A stretch of DNA of 42,730 nucleotides from Gammaproteobacteria bacterium (GTDB lineage Bacteria > Pseudomonadota > Gammaproteobacteria > Eutrophobiales > Eutrophobiaceae), in assembly GCA_051008185.1 (NCBI GenBank), contig JBPCXW010000046.1:1-42730 (forward strand), given 5' to 3'. The first letter of the stretch is position 1. Each line of letters opens with the position of its first letter. A model generated the notes under the pieces. The model had not been told where the DNA came from. It did no database searches and worked only from the letters and a program-made list of their open reading frames with translations. Made by a program: the position numbers and the translations under genes. This document shows positions 8,571 to 17,163 of the stretch, piece by piece.

Positions 8571-8987
8571 TCACATCCCCGAATCATGCCATACCTCCAG
8601 CGCAATCCGCTCCCAAGGGTTATGCGATTCATTCATAGCAACAATAACCCCATGTAACCTGTTCCCCCTGTCCATCATCTGCGAGACAGCGGTATTCTCC
8701 TGCCGCGGCAGATGGCCGAGCATATTGCCATGCCACCAGACCTCAACTGCTCGTCCGTCATGTTTATTCCATGGCGCACGTCGCAAGCCTACCTTGTTTC
8801 CGGGCTTCATACGCGGCCACAACCTCTCTCCCTCATAGAACTGAAAACCCGCCAACGGGGAGACCTGAACAAGAAGCGGGCGGCTATTGCCACCGCTGTT
8901 TCGCTTGTGCTTTTTACCCATAGCCAGTGGGCTCAGACCCAAGCCCACTGCGCCAATCAGTGTTTTGATAAGGTTGCGTTTGTTCAT
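8571..8987 (-). CDS. HIRAN-domain protein with an N-terminal signal-like (Tat-like KR) peptide
   Basis: 138 aa. GGAGG lies 7 nt upstream of the ATG. The N-terminus MNKRNLIKTLIGAVGLGLSPLAMG looks like a signal peptide. The core LAGFQFYEGE...GNKVGLRRAPWNKHDGRAVEVWWHGNMLGHLPRQEN...MDRGNRLHGVIV matches the HIRAN pattern. Confidence 0.65.
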   Translation of the reverse strand: MNKRNLIKTLIGAVGLGLSPLAMGKKHKRNSGGNSRPLLVQVSPLAGFQFYEGERLWPRMKPGNKVGLRRAPWNKHDGRAVEVWWHGNMLGHLPRQENTAVSQMMDRGNRLHGVIVAMNESHNPWERIALEVWHDSGM

Positions 8988-9072
8988 TGTGGAACCTCCA
9001 AAATTAAAATTTCCGCCGACTTATACACCCGCCGGTGGCTCTATACATAAGTCCGCCACCTACATTCTTGCT

Positions 9073-9180
9073 TTATTTACAAAGTCGGCTTAGAACGGCG
9101 AGTAATTGTTCTATGGGCAAGGCAAACTCTTGAATCTCTGCTTCTGTAAGCATAGTGAATTCTTTCTCCCGTTGCCAGTT
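9073..9180 (-). pseudogene. Orphan fragment duplicating the 3' coding end of the Fic gene
   Basis: The minus-strand frame reads ...NWQREKEFTMLTEAEIQEFALPIEQLLAVLSRLCK*. The REKEF(T/I)MLTEAEIQE part is encoded by a 45-bp copy (9127-9171) of the Fic gene's 3' end (10285-10329). An in-frame stop lies just upstream, so it is not an intact gene. Confidence 0.5.
9127..9171. repeat. 45-bp direct repeat, copy A (43/45 identical to 10285-10329)
   Basis: Copy A is ctcTtgaatctctgcttctgtaagcataGtgaattctttctcccg and copy B is ctcCtgaatctctgcttctgtaagcataAtgaattctttctcccg. Confidence 0.9.
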
Positions 9181-9200
9181 TGTGTGCTGACCTAGTGCTT

Positions 9201-9298
9201 ATGAGACCAATCAGCAATGGCCCCCCACCGGAGCCACTGCGGGCTACGCCCTTGTGCCACCGGCTCCCCCTCAAGGGGGGAGCTATTCGTGTTGGTGT
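9201..9298 (+). repeat. Intergenic nested-palindrome repeat element, half copy
   Basis: atgagaccaatcagcaatggccccccaccggagccactgcgggctacgcccttgtgccaccggctccccctcaaggggggagctattcgtg matches the left arm plus the first hairpin of the elements at 20249-20403 and, inverted, 15176-15331. Confidence 0.85.
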
Positions 9299-9307
9299 AA
9301 AATGAAA

Positions 9308-10243
9308 TTAGGCATGGTGCATTATCCCCCTTGCCAGTTGCCAGTCCAGCCGTCTGCGGTACATTCCGTCTTTTCTGATGCCCTTGTAGCAGGTCAGAAG
9401 CACATCATAAGTGGCCTCGCGGAAATGTTTGAGGCATTCGTTCCATTTGTCTATATGCACATCACCGGCGAATTTTACCTTTGTTATGTGTCTGCCGGTT
9501 GGCTTGACATTGTAAGCCGCCAACTCCTCAACCTCACAGAAGCGAATTGACGCAGACTGTATATTGTCCAACGCAATCAGGCCGACATTGCCACAAGGAT
9601 CATTGAACCGAACATCCGGGCCATCGGGAACCGGCTTGAGCCGCTTGGCTTCAAGCTGCGCCAATGTGCCTATCTTTTTGGAGTCTGACCAGACGACGGT
9701 GGATTGAGTTTTTTCGGGACGGAACAGGGCAAGGCCGACGGGATGCCCTGTGTCATTGAACATTTTTGGTGTCAGTGACACAAAATCCGTTAGCCTTTCA
9801 CGAAAAATTCTCGCCCTGATAAACGATTCGGGCACAAGTATCGCAACATAGCCGCAATGTGCAATGCACTTCTCCAGCGCAAACTTGTACAGGTCATCGT
9901 GTCGGCAATCGGGATACGGCAAACCCCGGATAGTGGCACTATTTTTTGCCAGCCAGGGTGGGTTTGTAATACACACATCAAAGCCCGCGGGAAAATCGCC
10001 CAGTGTGTCACGCTGCTTCACCCGGTTGGCCGCCGGAACAATGTCATAAGACGAAAACCTGTCACACAGCCCCATTCTCTTTAAGTAGTCAATCAAACTA
10101 TTGCTTCCGGCAAACGGTTCCAGAATGCGGGACGATGGCAGGTCCGCCGCCTTCGCCCAATCAAGAAACGCCTGATGTCCAAAAGGGCTGGACGCCGTGT
10201 AATATCTGCCTTCCCCTATTTTGTTGCTTGACTTGTATCTCAT
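9308..10243 (-). CDS. N6-adenine-type (gamma-class) SAM-dependent methyltransferase
   Basis: 311 aa. Motif I reads ILEPFAGSNSL and is followed about 50 aa later by motif IV, ITNPPWLA. AGGAGG lies 6-7 nt upstream. The ATG overlaps the Fic TAA stop (TAATG). Confidence 0.7.
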   Translation of the reverse strand: MRYKSSNKIGEGRYYTASSPFGHQAFLDWAKAADLPSSRILEPFAGSNSLIDYLKRMGLCDRFSSYDIVPAANRVKQRDTLGDFPAGFDVCITNPPWLAKNSATIRGLPYPDCRHDDLYKFALEKCIAHCGYVAILVPESFIRARIFRERLTDFVSLTPKMFNDTGHPVGLALFRPEKTQSTVVWSDSKKIGTLAQLEAKRLKPVPDGPDVRFNDPCGNVGLIALDNIQSASIRFCEVEELAAYNVKPTGRHITKVKFAGDVHIDKWNECLKHFREATYDVLLTCYKGIRKDGMYRRRLDWQLARGIMHHA

Positions 10244-11844
10244 TAACTATCCTCCTGAAACACCTGTTTATACTTATTCTCTATCTCCTGAATCTCTGCT
10301 TCTGTAAGCATAATGAATTCTTTCTCCCGCGCGCGTTTTGAAAGTTTGCCTTTGCTCTGGGTCAGGAAGCGAATTAATAAATCAACCTGCTTGTCCGGCA
10401 TATCAATATGGCCTCTAATAAAATTGCCTAGCAGGTCATATTTTGCAAGGTGGTCAACTTCTTCGGGCAAGGTTTTATTGATGGTCTCTTCAACGCACTC
10501 AAAGAAAAATTCTGCTTGCTTCGTCGCATCAAAGTAGCGGTATAAATCCATTGTCTCATTCAGAACATTAATATTGTTCTTGTCTGTCGGGCGCCATTTG
10601 ATTAGCCCAAGCCTGGGCTTTGAATGCTGCTCCAGTATCAATCTGTAGTCATCAATCCGTTGCAGGATGATGGCGGAAACCGGAAAAATGAGGCCTTTGG
10701 GTACGAAGCCTTTCTCCGCCAGGATGTGATGAAACAAGTAGCGGTGGATGCGGCCGTTACCGTCCTCAAACGGATGAATGAAGACGAAGCCAAAGGCGAC
10801 GAGTGTTGCCATGAGTACGGCGTCGTAGTCACTGGCGGCAAGTAGCTGATATGTTTCCATCAAGCCGGAGAGCAGGCTTTTAATGTCTTCGGGGCGTGCC
10901 GAGATGTGGACGGGCACTGGCATACCGGTTGTACGATCATGATCGCCGATGAAACCACCCTCAATGCGGCACCCCGGTAACATAAAACGTTTATCTGCGA
11001 TCACGACCTGCTGGAGATGTTCCAACTCTTCAATACTCAGTCGGCGTTGGCCTGCTTCGCCGATCATCCGGCTCCAGCGCTCTATGCGGGTATGGGGCGG
11101 GGTTTCTCCTTCAATGGAGTGTGAGGCTTTGGAATCCTTGAGCAACAGAAAGGCGGCGGCACGGGCCAACAAGTCTGCATGGGTTTTGCCGATGTGGTTT
11201 ATCGCGACTTGTGCGAGATCCATCTCAATAAATCGGTCGAGCTTGTCGGTGCGCCGAATGAGCGGGCAAAAATGTTGTGTGCCGGGCAGGTTGTTGCGGA
11301 TACGGTGGCGCCTGGACACGCGGGATGGCCCGGCATATTGCAGAGTATCATTGAGCAGAGGGGTAAAGTTGCCCTTGGTTGTATCAGCAATATCCAGTGC
11401 TTCTTCGCAAAGCCATTCATATAAAAACCAGATTCGTCGGCTGTAAGCGCCTGTTGGTTCTGTTTTAACAAGGGCTGCTATGTCTTGTGGTTTGACTCTC
11501 TCAAACAAGGCCTTGAGTACTGCCAGATCAATGCCTTCGTACTTGAGTGCAAAAGTGAGATGGCCGCGCAAACTGTCTTCCGGTTTGTGACGGGGTGTGA
11601 ACAGGTGCCAGCGGTCGTTGTTGTGCCGCTTGTGCCTTGTGCCGATGGCGCAAAGGTAATCCGGTGCCACGACTACCAGCTCGTGCCTCGCGATGAGGGC
11701 GGCGTACCCAGCGAGGGTGGCGCCATCTTCCAATGCAGGGAAGGCATGAAAAACAGGGTTCAACTGTGAATTTTGATTGTTTTCGGCCATTAGCGTGACA
11801 TGCTGATTTCCTGCATCATGGCATGAAAAACGATTTCTATCCAT
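10243..11844 (-). CDS. Fic/DOC family protein (AMPylase-type Fic domain)
   Basis: The canonical Fic motif HPFEDGNGRIHRYLFHHIL is present. The start is uncertain: ATG at 11844 (M1) or 11790 (MAENNQ...). The repeats at 11822-11884 overlap the longer 5' end. Confidence 0.88.
   Translation of the reverse strand: MDRNRFSCHDAGNQHVTLMAENNQNSQLNPVFHAFPALEDGATLAGYAALIARHELVVVAPDYLCAIGTRHKRHNNDRWHLFTPRHKPEDSLRGHLTFALKYEGIDLAVLKALFERVKPQDIAALVKTEPTGAYSRRIWFLYEWLCEEALDIADTTKGNFTPLLNDTLQYAGPSRVSRRHRIRNNLPGTQHFCPLIRRTDKLDRFIEMDLAQVAINHIGKTHADLLARAAAFLLLKDSKASHSIEGETPPHTRIERWSRMIGEAGQRRLSIEELEHLQQVVIADKRFMLPGCRIEGGFIGDHDRTTGMPVPVHISARPEDIKSLLSGLMETYQLLAASDYDAVLMATLVAFGFVFIHPFEDGNGRIHRYLFHHILAEKGFVPKGLIFPVSAIILQRIDDYRLILEQHSKPRLGLIKWRPTDKNNINVLNETMDLYRYFDATKQAEFFFECVEETINKTLPEEVDHLAKYDLLGNFIRGHIDMPDKQVDLLIRFLTQSKGKLSKRAREKEFIMLTEAEIQEIENKYKQVFQEDS
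10285..10329. repeat. 45-bp direct repeat, copy B (inside the 3' end of the Fic gene)
   Basis: See copy A at 9127-9171. The two copies bracket the methyltransferase gene and the half repeat element. Confidence 0.9.
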
Positions 11845-11917
11845 GAAAAACGATTATATTTCGGCTTTTTTGTGAAAAATGGTTATTTTGGGCCATCCCC
11901 GTCCCGACAACTACTAC

Positions 11918-12817
11918 TTACACCAAAAAGAATGTCGCCAGTAAAGGAATATAGTGATCCAGCAGCAGGAAAGCGAACAAGCCCAGCAGATACCAGATAG
12001 AGAATGAAAACGTTTGCATCGCGACACGGTCGTCCCGTGTTTTTATCAGCTTCAATGTGTAGTACAAAAAGATCAGGCCCAATACCACCGCGCCCAGCAG
12101 ATAGCACAGGCCGCTCATCAGGGTGAGGTAGGGTAGCAGGCTCACTATGAAAAGGATCAGGGTGTAGAGCAGGATCTGTAGTTGGGTGAATGCGGTGCCG
12201 TGGGTTACCGGTAGCATCGGGATGTCGGCTTTGGCGTAGTCCTGCCTGCGATAGACGGCCAGTGCCCAGAAGTGTGGCGGTGTCCAGGCGAAGATGATCA
12301 GGAACAGCAGCAGGGCGTGCGGGTCCAGAGAGTTGCTTACCGCCGCCCAGCCCAGTACCGGGGGGGCGGCACCGGCGGCACCGCCGATGACGATGTTTTG
12401 CGGGGTGGCGCGTTTCAGGTACATGGAATAAACCACGCCGTAGCCTATCAGGGAGAACAGGGTCAGTACCGCGGTAAAGGTATTGACGAACAGGATCAGG
12501 ATTAGCATGGAGGCCAGGCATAATGTCGCCGCGAATATCAGGGCGTGTCTTGTTGTCACACTGCCGCGCGGCAGGGGGCGGGATTGGGTGCGTGACATGA
12601 TGCTGTCTATCTTCTCATCAACTACATGATTGAGGGCCGCTGCCGAGGCGGCGGCGAGGCCGATGCCGATTGTGCCGGCAATCAATATCTCCCAGGGCAC
12701 CATTGCCGGTGTTGATAACAACATTCCAACGACGGCGGTGAAGACGATCAAGGCAACAATTTTGGGTTTGCACAGGGCCAGATAACTGTGCCAGCTTGTT
12801 GTGGCGGTGTTATTCAT
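11918..12817 (-). CDS. cyoE: Protoheme IX farnesyltransferase (heme O synthase)
   Basis: 299-aa polytopic membrane protein. It carries UbiA-family motifs (NHVVDEKIDSIMSRTQSRPLP and YSMYLKR) and lies directly downstream of ctaA in the oxidase cluster. Confidence 0.9.
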   Translation of the reverse strand: MNNTATTSWHSYLALCKPKIVALIVFTAVVGMLLSTPAMVPWEILIAGTIGIGLAAASAAALNHVVDEKIDSIMSRTQSRPLPRGSVTTRHALIFAATLCLASMLILILFVNTFTAVLTLFSLIGYGVVYSMYLKRATPQNIVIGGAAGAAPPVLGWAAVSNSLDPHALLLFLIIFAWTPPHFWALAVYRRQDYAKADIPMLPVTHGTAFTQLQILLYTLILFIVSLLPYLTLMSGLCYLLGAVVLGLIFLYYTLKLIKTRDDRVAMQTFSFSIWYLLGLFAFLLLDHYIPLLATFFLV

Positions 12818-13805
12818 GGTTGAAAGTCTGGTAGCTGAAATAAGTAATAGTAACTACGCTCAGCAACAACAGTGCCGCCATGCCATTGTGCGCCACTGCC
12901 ATTGTCAGCGGCAACACCATCACGACATTGCCTATGCCCAGCGTGATCTGCAGCGCAAGCAATGACAGCATGATGATGGCGAGGAGTCTTGCCAATCTGT
13001 CGCCGATGCTGAACAGGCGCCATGCCAACAACAGCCCGGCCAACAAGACCAGTAGCGCGCCGACGCGGTGGGTCAGGTGTATTGCCGTTCGCGCCGCGGC
13101 GTCCAGGATGCCGCCTTCGTAATCCAGCCCCGCTTCGCGCCAGAAGACAAACCCCTGCACAAAATCAGTCGGCGGTAACCAGATGCCATCGCGACAATCA
13201 GGGAACGACGGACAGATCAGGGCGGCGTAGTTGCTACTGGTCCAGCCGCCGAGAAAAATTTGCAGGGTCAGGACGGCCAGCATCAGTAGGGCGGCGGGTT
13301 TTGCCGCCGTCATCTTCGCGGTGCTTTGCCCGGGCGGGCGCATCTGCTGTAACAACAGCAGCAACAACAGGGACAGTATAGTCATGCCGCCCAGCAGATG
13401 TGCGGAGACGATTAGCGGTTGCAGTAACAGGGTCACCGTCCACATGCCCAGCAGGCCTTGCAGGATCACCAGCACCAGAACGGTCAGGCTGAGTGGAAGA
13501 TGTTGTCGGCGGTTCAGGGCCGCCAGCACTGTCAAGGTGAGGATCAGCAAACCCAGACCGCCGCCGCCATAGCGGTGGATCATTTCACGCTCGGCCTTGC
13601 CTGCATCATAAGGCCGCTCGGGGTAGGCCGCGTTGATCGCTGCGGCTTGATCCGCCGCCGGTGCCAGTAGCTGCCCGTAACAGCCCGGCCAGTCCGGGCA
13701 GCCGAGGCCGGCATCCGTCAGGCGCACCCAGGCACCCAGCACTACTACTGCATAGGTCACGCACAAGGCCAGCACGGTGAGCAGCCATAACGAATCGGGT
13801 TTCAT
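12810..13805 (-). CDS. ctaA: Heme A synthase (COX15/CtaA)
   Basis: 331-aa multi-TM protein with a conserved GCPDWPGCYG motif and His-containing helices (IHRYGG, HLTHR). It is adjacent to cyoE. Confidence 0.82.
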   Translation of the reverse strand: MKPDSLWLLTVLALCVTYAVVVLGAWVRLTDAGLGCPDWPGCYGQLLAPAADQAAAINAAYPERPYDAGKAEREMIHRYGGGGLGLLILTLTVLAALNRRQHLPLSLTVLVLVILQGLLGMWTVTLLLQPLIVSAHLLGGMTILSLLLLLLLQQMRPPGQSTAKMTAAKPAALLMLAVLTLQIFLGGWTSSNYAALICPSFPDCRDGIWLPPTDFVQGFVFWREAGLDYEGGILDAAARTAIHLTHRVGALLVLLAGLLLAWRLFSIGDRLARLLAIIMLSLLALQITLGIGNVVMVLPLTMAVAHNGMAALLLLSVVTITYFSYQTFNHE

Positions 13806-13806
13806 C

Positions 13807-14415
13807 TCAGCCCAGCCGCGAGTATTTCAATAAGCGGGTCATGTCTTTGATGATGCCGCGCGGATCGATCCCGGGTTCATACATCATCATCAGGTTGCCC
13901 AGTGGGTCAATAAGATAAAGACGCTGGCGGGAAAACGGCTGATCCTCCGGCCGGATTTGAAACAGGCCCTGATATTCCGGCTTGTCCAGCAGGCCGTAAG
14001 ACAGCATGAGCTGGCCCTGATAATCCCTGATCTGCTGGGCGTTGAACAGGTCGGTGCCGTCTGCGGTATGGATTACCACGCGTTGCACCCGGTGGGCATA
14101 TTTGTTCGTGGCCAGTCTGATCTGCCGCATCCTGTAGATGTTTTGTTCGCAGTCCCGATCACAGGGGCCGTCCAGTAGATAGACCAGACTCCATTTGCCA
14201 TGCAGAAAAAATTCCTCCGATCCGGGGGCGGCGGGGTTGTACAGTTGAATATCCTCCAGCGGCCGGGGCGGGTCAATCAACTCGCCGTTATGCGCTATCT
14301 TGATCTTGCTTACATCGGTAAAGCTCAGCAGATACCAGGAGAGGGCAAAAGGTGCCACGCATACGGTCAGTAATAGTAGCAAGGTGAATAATTGTTTTCG
14401 TTGTTCAGGTGTCAT
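13807..14415 (-). CDS. Membrane-anchored SCO1/SenC-like thioredoxin-fold protein (oxidase biogenesis)
   Basis: 202 aa with an N-terminal TM. A CxxxC motif (GPCDRDCEQ) follows GKWSLVYLL. It sits between SURF1 and ctaA. Confidence 0.5.
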   Translation of the reverse strand: MTPEQRKQLFTLLLLLTVCVAPFALSWYLLSFTDVSKIKIAHNGELIDPPRPLEDIQLYNPAAPGSEEFFLHGKWSLVYLLDGPCDRDCEQNIYRMRQIRLATNKYAHRVQRVVIHTADGTDLFNAQQIRDYQGQLMLSYGLLDKPEYQGLFQIRPEDQPFSRQRLYLIDPLGNLMMMYEPGIDPRGIIKDMTRLLKYSRLG

Positions 14416-15136
14416 CTTCTGTCTGCTTTTTAATCGTTACAAGAAAATAGATTATCACCAGGGCAACGGCCAGAAAAAACCATTGGAAGGCATAACCCAG
14501 ATGTCTGTCGCGCCCGAAACCGGGGGTCTGCCATGCGCGAAAAAATCCTTGCGGTGCCGGTGGTTCAAGTCTCACCACATAAGGCAACAACGGCCAGTTA
14601 TGCCGTGCGGCGATCTCTTCAATGACCAAATCCTGAACCCGGATGATATTGTCCGCCAGTCGCTCGGCCACATTCTCACCCAGCAACACGACCCGCGGCG
14701 GCGGTTTGATTACACCGGTCAGTGTCAGTTCCTGCTCCGGCGTGACAAAAGACGGGGCCTGTGATCGATCCGGTTGTTGCGGCACCCAGCCCCGGTTGAG
14801 CAGCACCTGATCGCCGTCGGCAAGTATGAACCGCGCATACACATAATTACCGGCGCGCCCCGACAGGGTTTGATTGTCCAGCAGATAAAGTGTGTCCGTA
14901 TCGTAACGGCCGCGCAGGACGGCCCGCCGCCAGAGCATCTGTTCCTTGTCGTGTTTTTCCGCGCCCGCCGTGTTGAGATTGATAACCGGTCTGTCAATCC
15001 GCGCCTGATATTGCCGGGACAATGCCTGTTTCTGATCGGCCCGGTCAAGCTGCCAAAACCCCAGCGACAACAATAGCCATAAGGCCGCTATCGCGATCAG
15101 GGTGGGCAACAGACGCGGCTTGAATGTTCGGCGCAT
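14405..15136 (-). CDS. SURF1 family cytochrome oxidase assembly protein
   Basis: 243 aa with N- and C-terminal TM helices. LGFWQLDRADQK and LNRGWVP are SURF1 signatures. Confidence 0.82.
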   Translation of the reverse strand: MRRTFKPRLLPTLIAIAALWLLLSLGFWQLDRADQKQALSRQYQARIDRPVINLNTAGAEKHDKEQMLWRRAVLRGRYDTDTLYLLDNQTLSGRAGNYVYARFILADGDQVLLNRGWVPQQPDRSQAPSFVTPEQELTLTGVIKPPPRVVLLGENVAERLADNIIRVQDLVIEEIAARHNWPLLPYVVRLEPPAPQGFFRAWQTPGFGRDRHLGYAFQWFFLAVALVIIYFLVTIKKQTEDDT

Positions 15137-15175
15137 TGCCCTTCAACCGGCAAGCTCGCGTGACTGTGGCGGATT

Positions 15176-15331
15176 GTCCCCCCACCAAAGCAGGCTTCGC
15201 CTCCTTTGGCTCCCCCTCAAGGGGGGAGCTATTCGTGCCAGTGTTACTGCTCCCCCCTTGAGGGGGAGCCGGTGGCACAAGGGCGTAGCCCGTAGTGGCT
15301 CCGGTGGGGGGACATTGCTGATTGGTCTCAT
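15176..15331 (-). repeat. Intergenic nested-palindrome repeat element, full copy (inverted relative to 20249-20403)
   Basis: The outer arms are gtccccccacc...ggtggggggac. The two inner hairpins are gctccccctcaaggggggagc and gctccccccttgagggggagc. The element lies between SURF1 and the divergent DUF2909-like gene. Confidence 0.88.
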
Positions 15332-15417
15332 ACGCACTAATCCGCTACAACAACTGTTTTATGCAACAAAACAGACTATACTCATCCCCCGAACCTCTCT
15401 TGTGAGTCCTGTCTGCT

Positions 15418-15657
15418 GTGTTACTGTTTAAAATCGTCATTGGCTTGATCCTGTTGTTCATCCTCGGCTCGCTGGCTGCGGGGATGTTTTTTCTGATTCG
15501 GGACAAGGGGCAGGGTACCAGAACGGCAAAATCCCTGACCCTGCGTATCGGTCTGTCCATCGCCCTGTTTATCCTGCTCTTTATCGGTTTCTTCGCAGGC
15601 TGGATCAAACCGCACGGGATCAGCGGACAACAGACAGAAGAAAAGATGTTACCTTAG
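15418..15657 (+). CDS. Twin-transmembrane-helix small protein (DUF2909/HIG1-like)
   Basis: 79 aa with two TM helices (IVIGLILLFILGSLAAGMFFLI and IGLSIALFILLFIGFFAGW). It is embedded in the oxidase cluster on the opposite strand. Confidence 0.6.
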   Translation: MLLFKIVIGLILLFILGSLAAGMFFLIRDKGQGTRTAKSLTLRIGLSIALFILLFIGFFAGWIKPHGISGQQTEEKMLP

Positions 15658-15658
15658 C

Positions 15659-16552
15659 TTATAGCCAGTAGACAAATATAAACAGCCCCAGCCAGACCAC
15701 ATCTACAAAGTGCCAGTACCAGGCCACACCCTCAAACGCAAAATGGTTTTCTTTGGTGAAGTGACCTGCCATCGCGCGAAACAGGATAACCAGTAACATA
15801 GTCGCGCCCATCGTGACATGGAAGCCGTGGAAACCCGTTAGCATAAAAAAGGTTGAGCCGTAAATGCCGGAATTCAGGGTAAGACCGAGGTCCTGATAGG
15901 CATGAATATACTCAGCCGCTTGCAGGGCGACGAAGATAAATCCCAGGGCCACCGTCGCAAACAACCACCAGCACAAACCGTTGCGATTGCCCTTCTTCAG
16001 ATCCCAGTGAGCAAAAGTAACCGTGGCACCACTGCTCAACAAGATGGCGGTATTGAGCGCGGGGATGCCCCAGGCCGGGATGACTTCCTTGATCAGGGTG
16101 TATTTGCTCGTCGCCGCATTGGCAATCATGTCCGGCGTGGTCAGCAACGGCCAGATCGCTTCAAAGCCGGGCCAGAGAAACTCATTGGTGGCCGCCCCGG
16201 TGCCTACGCCGCCCAGCCAGGGCACCGAATAAACCCGCGCATAAAACAGGGCACCGAAAAAGACGGCAAAAAACATCACCTCGGACAGGATGAACCAGCC
16301 CATGCCCCAACGAAAACTGATATCCACCTGTTGATTGTAGCGACCGGCCAGACTCTCGCCGATGACATCATGGAACCAGCTGTAAAACATATAAAACACC
16401 GCGGCGATACCCATGCCGAGCAGGAATGTGCCGAACCCGGAGCCGTTAAGCATAACGGCCGCCCCGACAAAGGACAGGAACAACGCGACCGAGCCGACCA
16501 CCGGCCAGCTGCTGGGTTCGGGAATGAAATATGTACCGGAAGAACTAGACAT
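15659..16552 (-). CDS. coxC: Cytochrome c oxidase subunit III
   Basis: 297-aa, 7-TM protein with GFHGFHV and WYWHFVDVVW motifs. Confidence 0.93.
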   Translation of the reverse strand: MSSSSGTYFIPEPSSWPVVGSVALFLSFVGAAVMLNGSGFGTFLLGMGIAAVFYMFYSWFHDVIGESLAGRYNQQVDISFRWGMGWFILSEVMFFAVFFGALFYARVYSVPWLGGVGTGAATNEFLWPGFEAIWPLLTTPDMIANAATSKYTLIKEVIPAWGIPALNTAILLSSGATVTFAHWDLKKGNRNGLCWWLFATVALGFIFVALQAAEYIHAYQDLGLTLNSGIYGSTFFMLTGFHGFHVTMGATMLLVILFRAMAGHFTKENHFAFEGVAWYWHFVDVVWLGLFIFVYWL

Positions 16553-16581
16553 AAGCTATCCTCATCATTGTAGTTATTCTG

Positions 16582-17154
16582 CTAAGAGCTGGTGTTATCT
16601 TTTGCACCAGACTGTTTCTGCGCGACCTTGGCCTGATCGGTAATATCAAAAAAAGTATAGGACAAGGTCAGCGACGAAAACCGTTTCGGTAAATCGGTAT
16701 CAACAATAAACCTCACCAACACCTCTTTACTCTCACCCGCCTGTAACAACTGCTCGCTAAAACAGAAACATTCTGTTTTATTGAAATATATCCCGGCCTG
16801 CGCCGGCGAGACGCTCGGGATCGCACGGCCAACCACCGGCCTGTCCGATTCGTTGCGCACGATGAACACGGCCTCCGACATCTTGCCGGGATGCACCCGC
16901 AACTGCCGGTTCACCGGCTTGAACTCCCAAGGTATGTCCCGCACATTGGTATCAAACACGACCGTAACCAGACGCTCATCGTCGCGCGTAATGTCACGTG
17001 CCTCGGTTTCGCTGATCCCGACCACCTTGCCCCTGCCGGTCAGGTCGCAATAGGCCTCATACAGCGGCACTAGCACATAACCGAAACCAAACATCACGAC
17101 GACGACCAGCGTCAGTCGGGTTACTGTTTTGGTTATCTTTGTTTGCGCCATCAC
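16582..17154 (-). CDS. ctaG: Cytochrome c oxidase assembly protein CtaG/Cox11
   Basis: 190 aa with an N-terminal TM. The CFCF copper-binding motif is present (FNKTECFCFSEQ). Confidence 0.88.
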   Translation of the reverse strand: MMAQTKITKTVTRLTLVVVVMFGFGYVLVPLYEAYCDLTGRGKVVGISETEARDITRDDERLVTVVFDTNVRDIPWEFKPVNRQLRVHPGKMSEAVFIVRNESDRPVVGRAIPSVSPAQAGIYFNKTECFCFSEQLLQAGESKEVLVRFIVDTDLPKRFSSLTLSYTFFDITDQAKVAQKQSGAKDNTSS

Positions 17155-17163
17155 TATTACTCG

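Noticed and set aside
8356-8838. 160-aa plus-strand ORF upstream of cas3.
   Set aside because: It is antisense to the HIRAN gene, which has a strong SD and a recognisable domain, and to the small TM ORF. It shows low-complexity Ser/Thr/Ala composition and has no SD.
11883-12521. 212-aa minus-strand ORF rich in Arg, Pro and His.
   Set aside because: It is an alternative frame inside the heme O synthase gene. Its composition is typical of an off-frame reading of GC-rich membrane-protein genes. The same reasoning applies to 27437-27892 within recF and 21643-21963 within bioC.
15045-15431. Several ORFs sharing peptides such as PPAPPQGGS and RGSRWHKGVARSGSGGG (15045-15278, 15102-15431, 15143-15337; also 9077-9274, 9254-9550 and 20259-20507).
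   Set aside because: The shared peptides are translations of the repeated palindromic intergenic element in different orientations. They are not a protein family.
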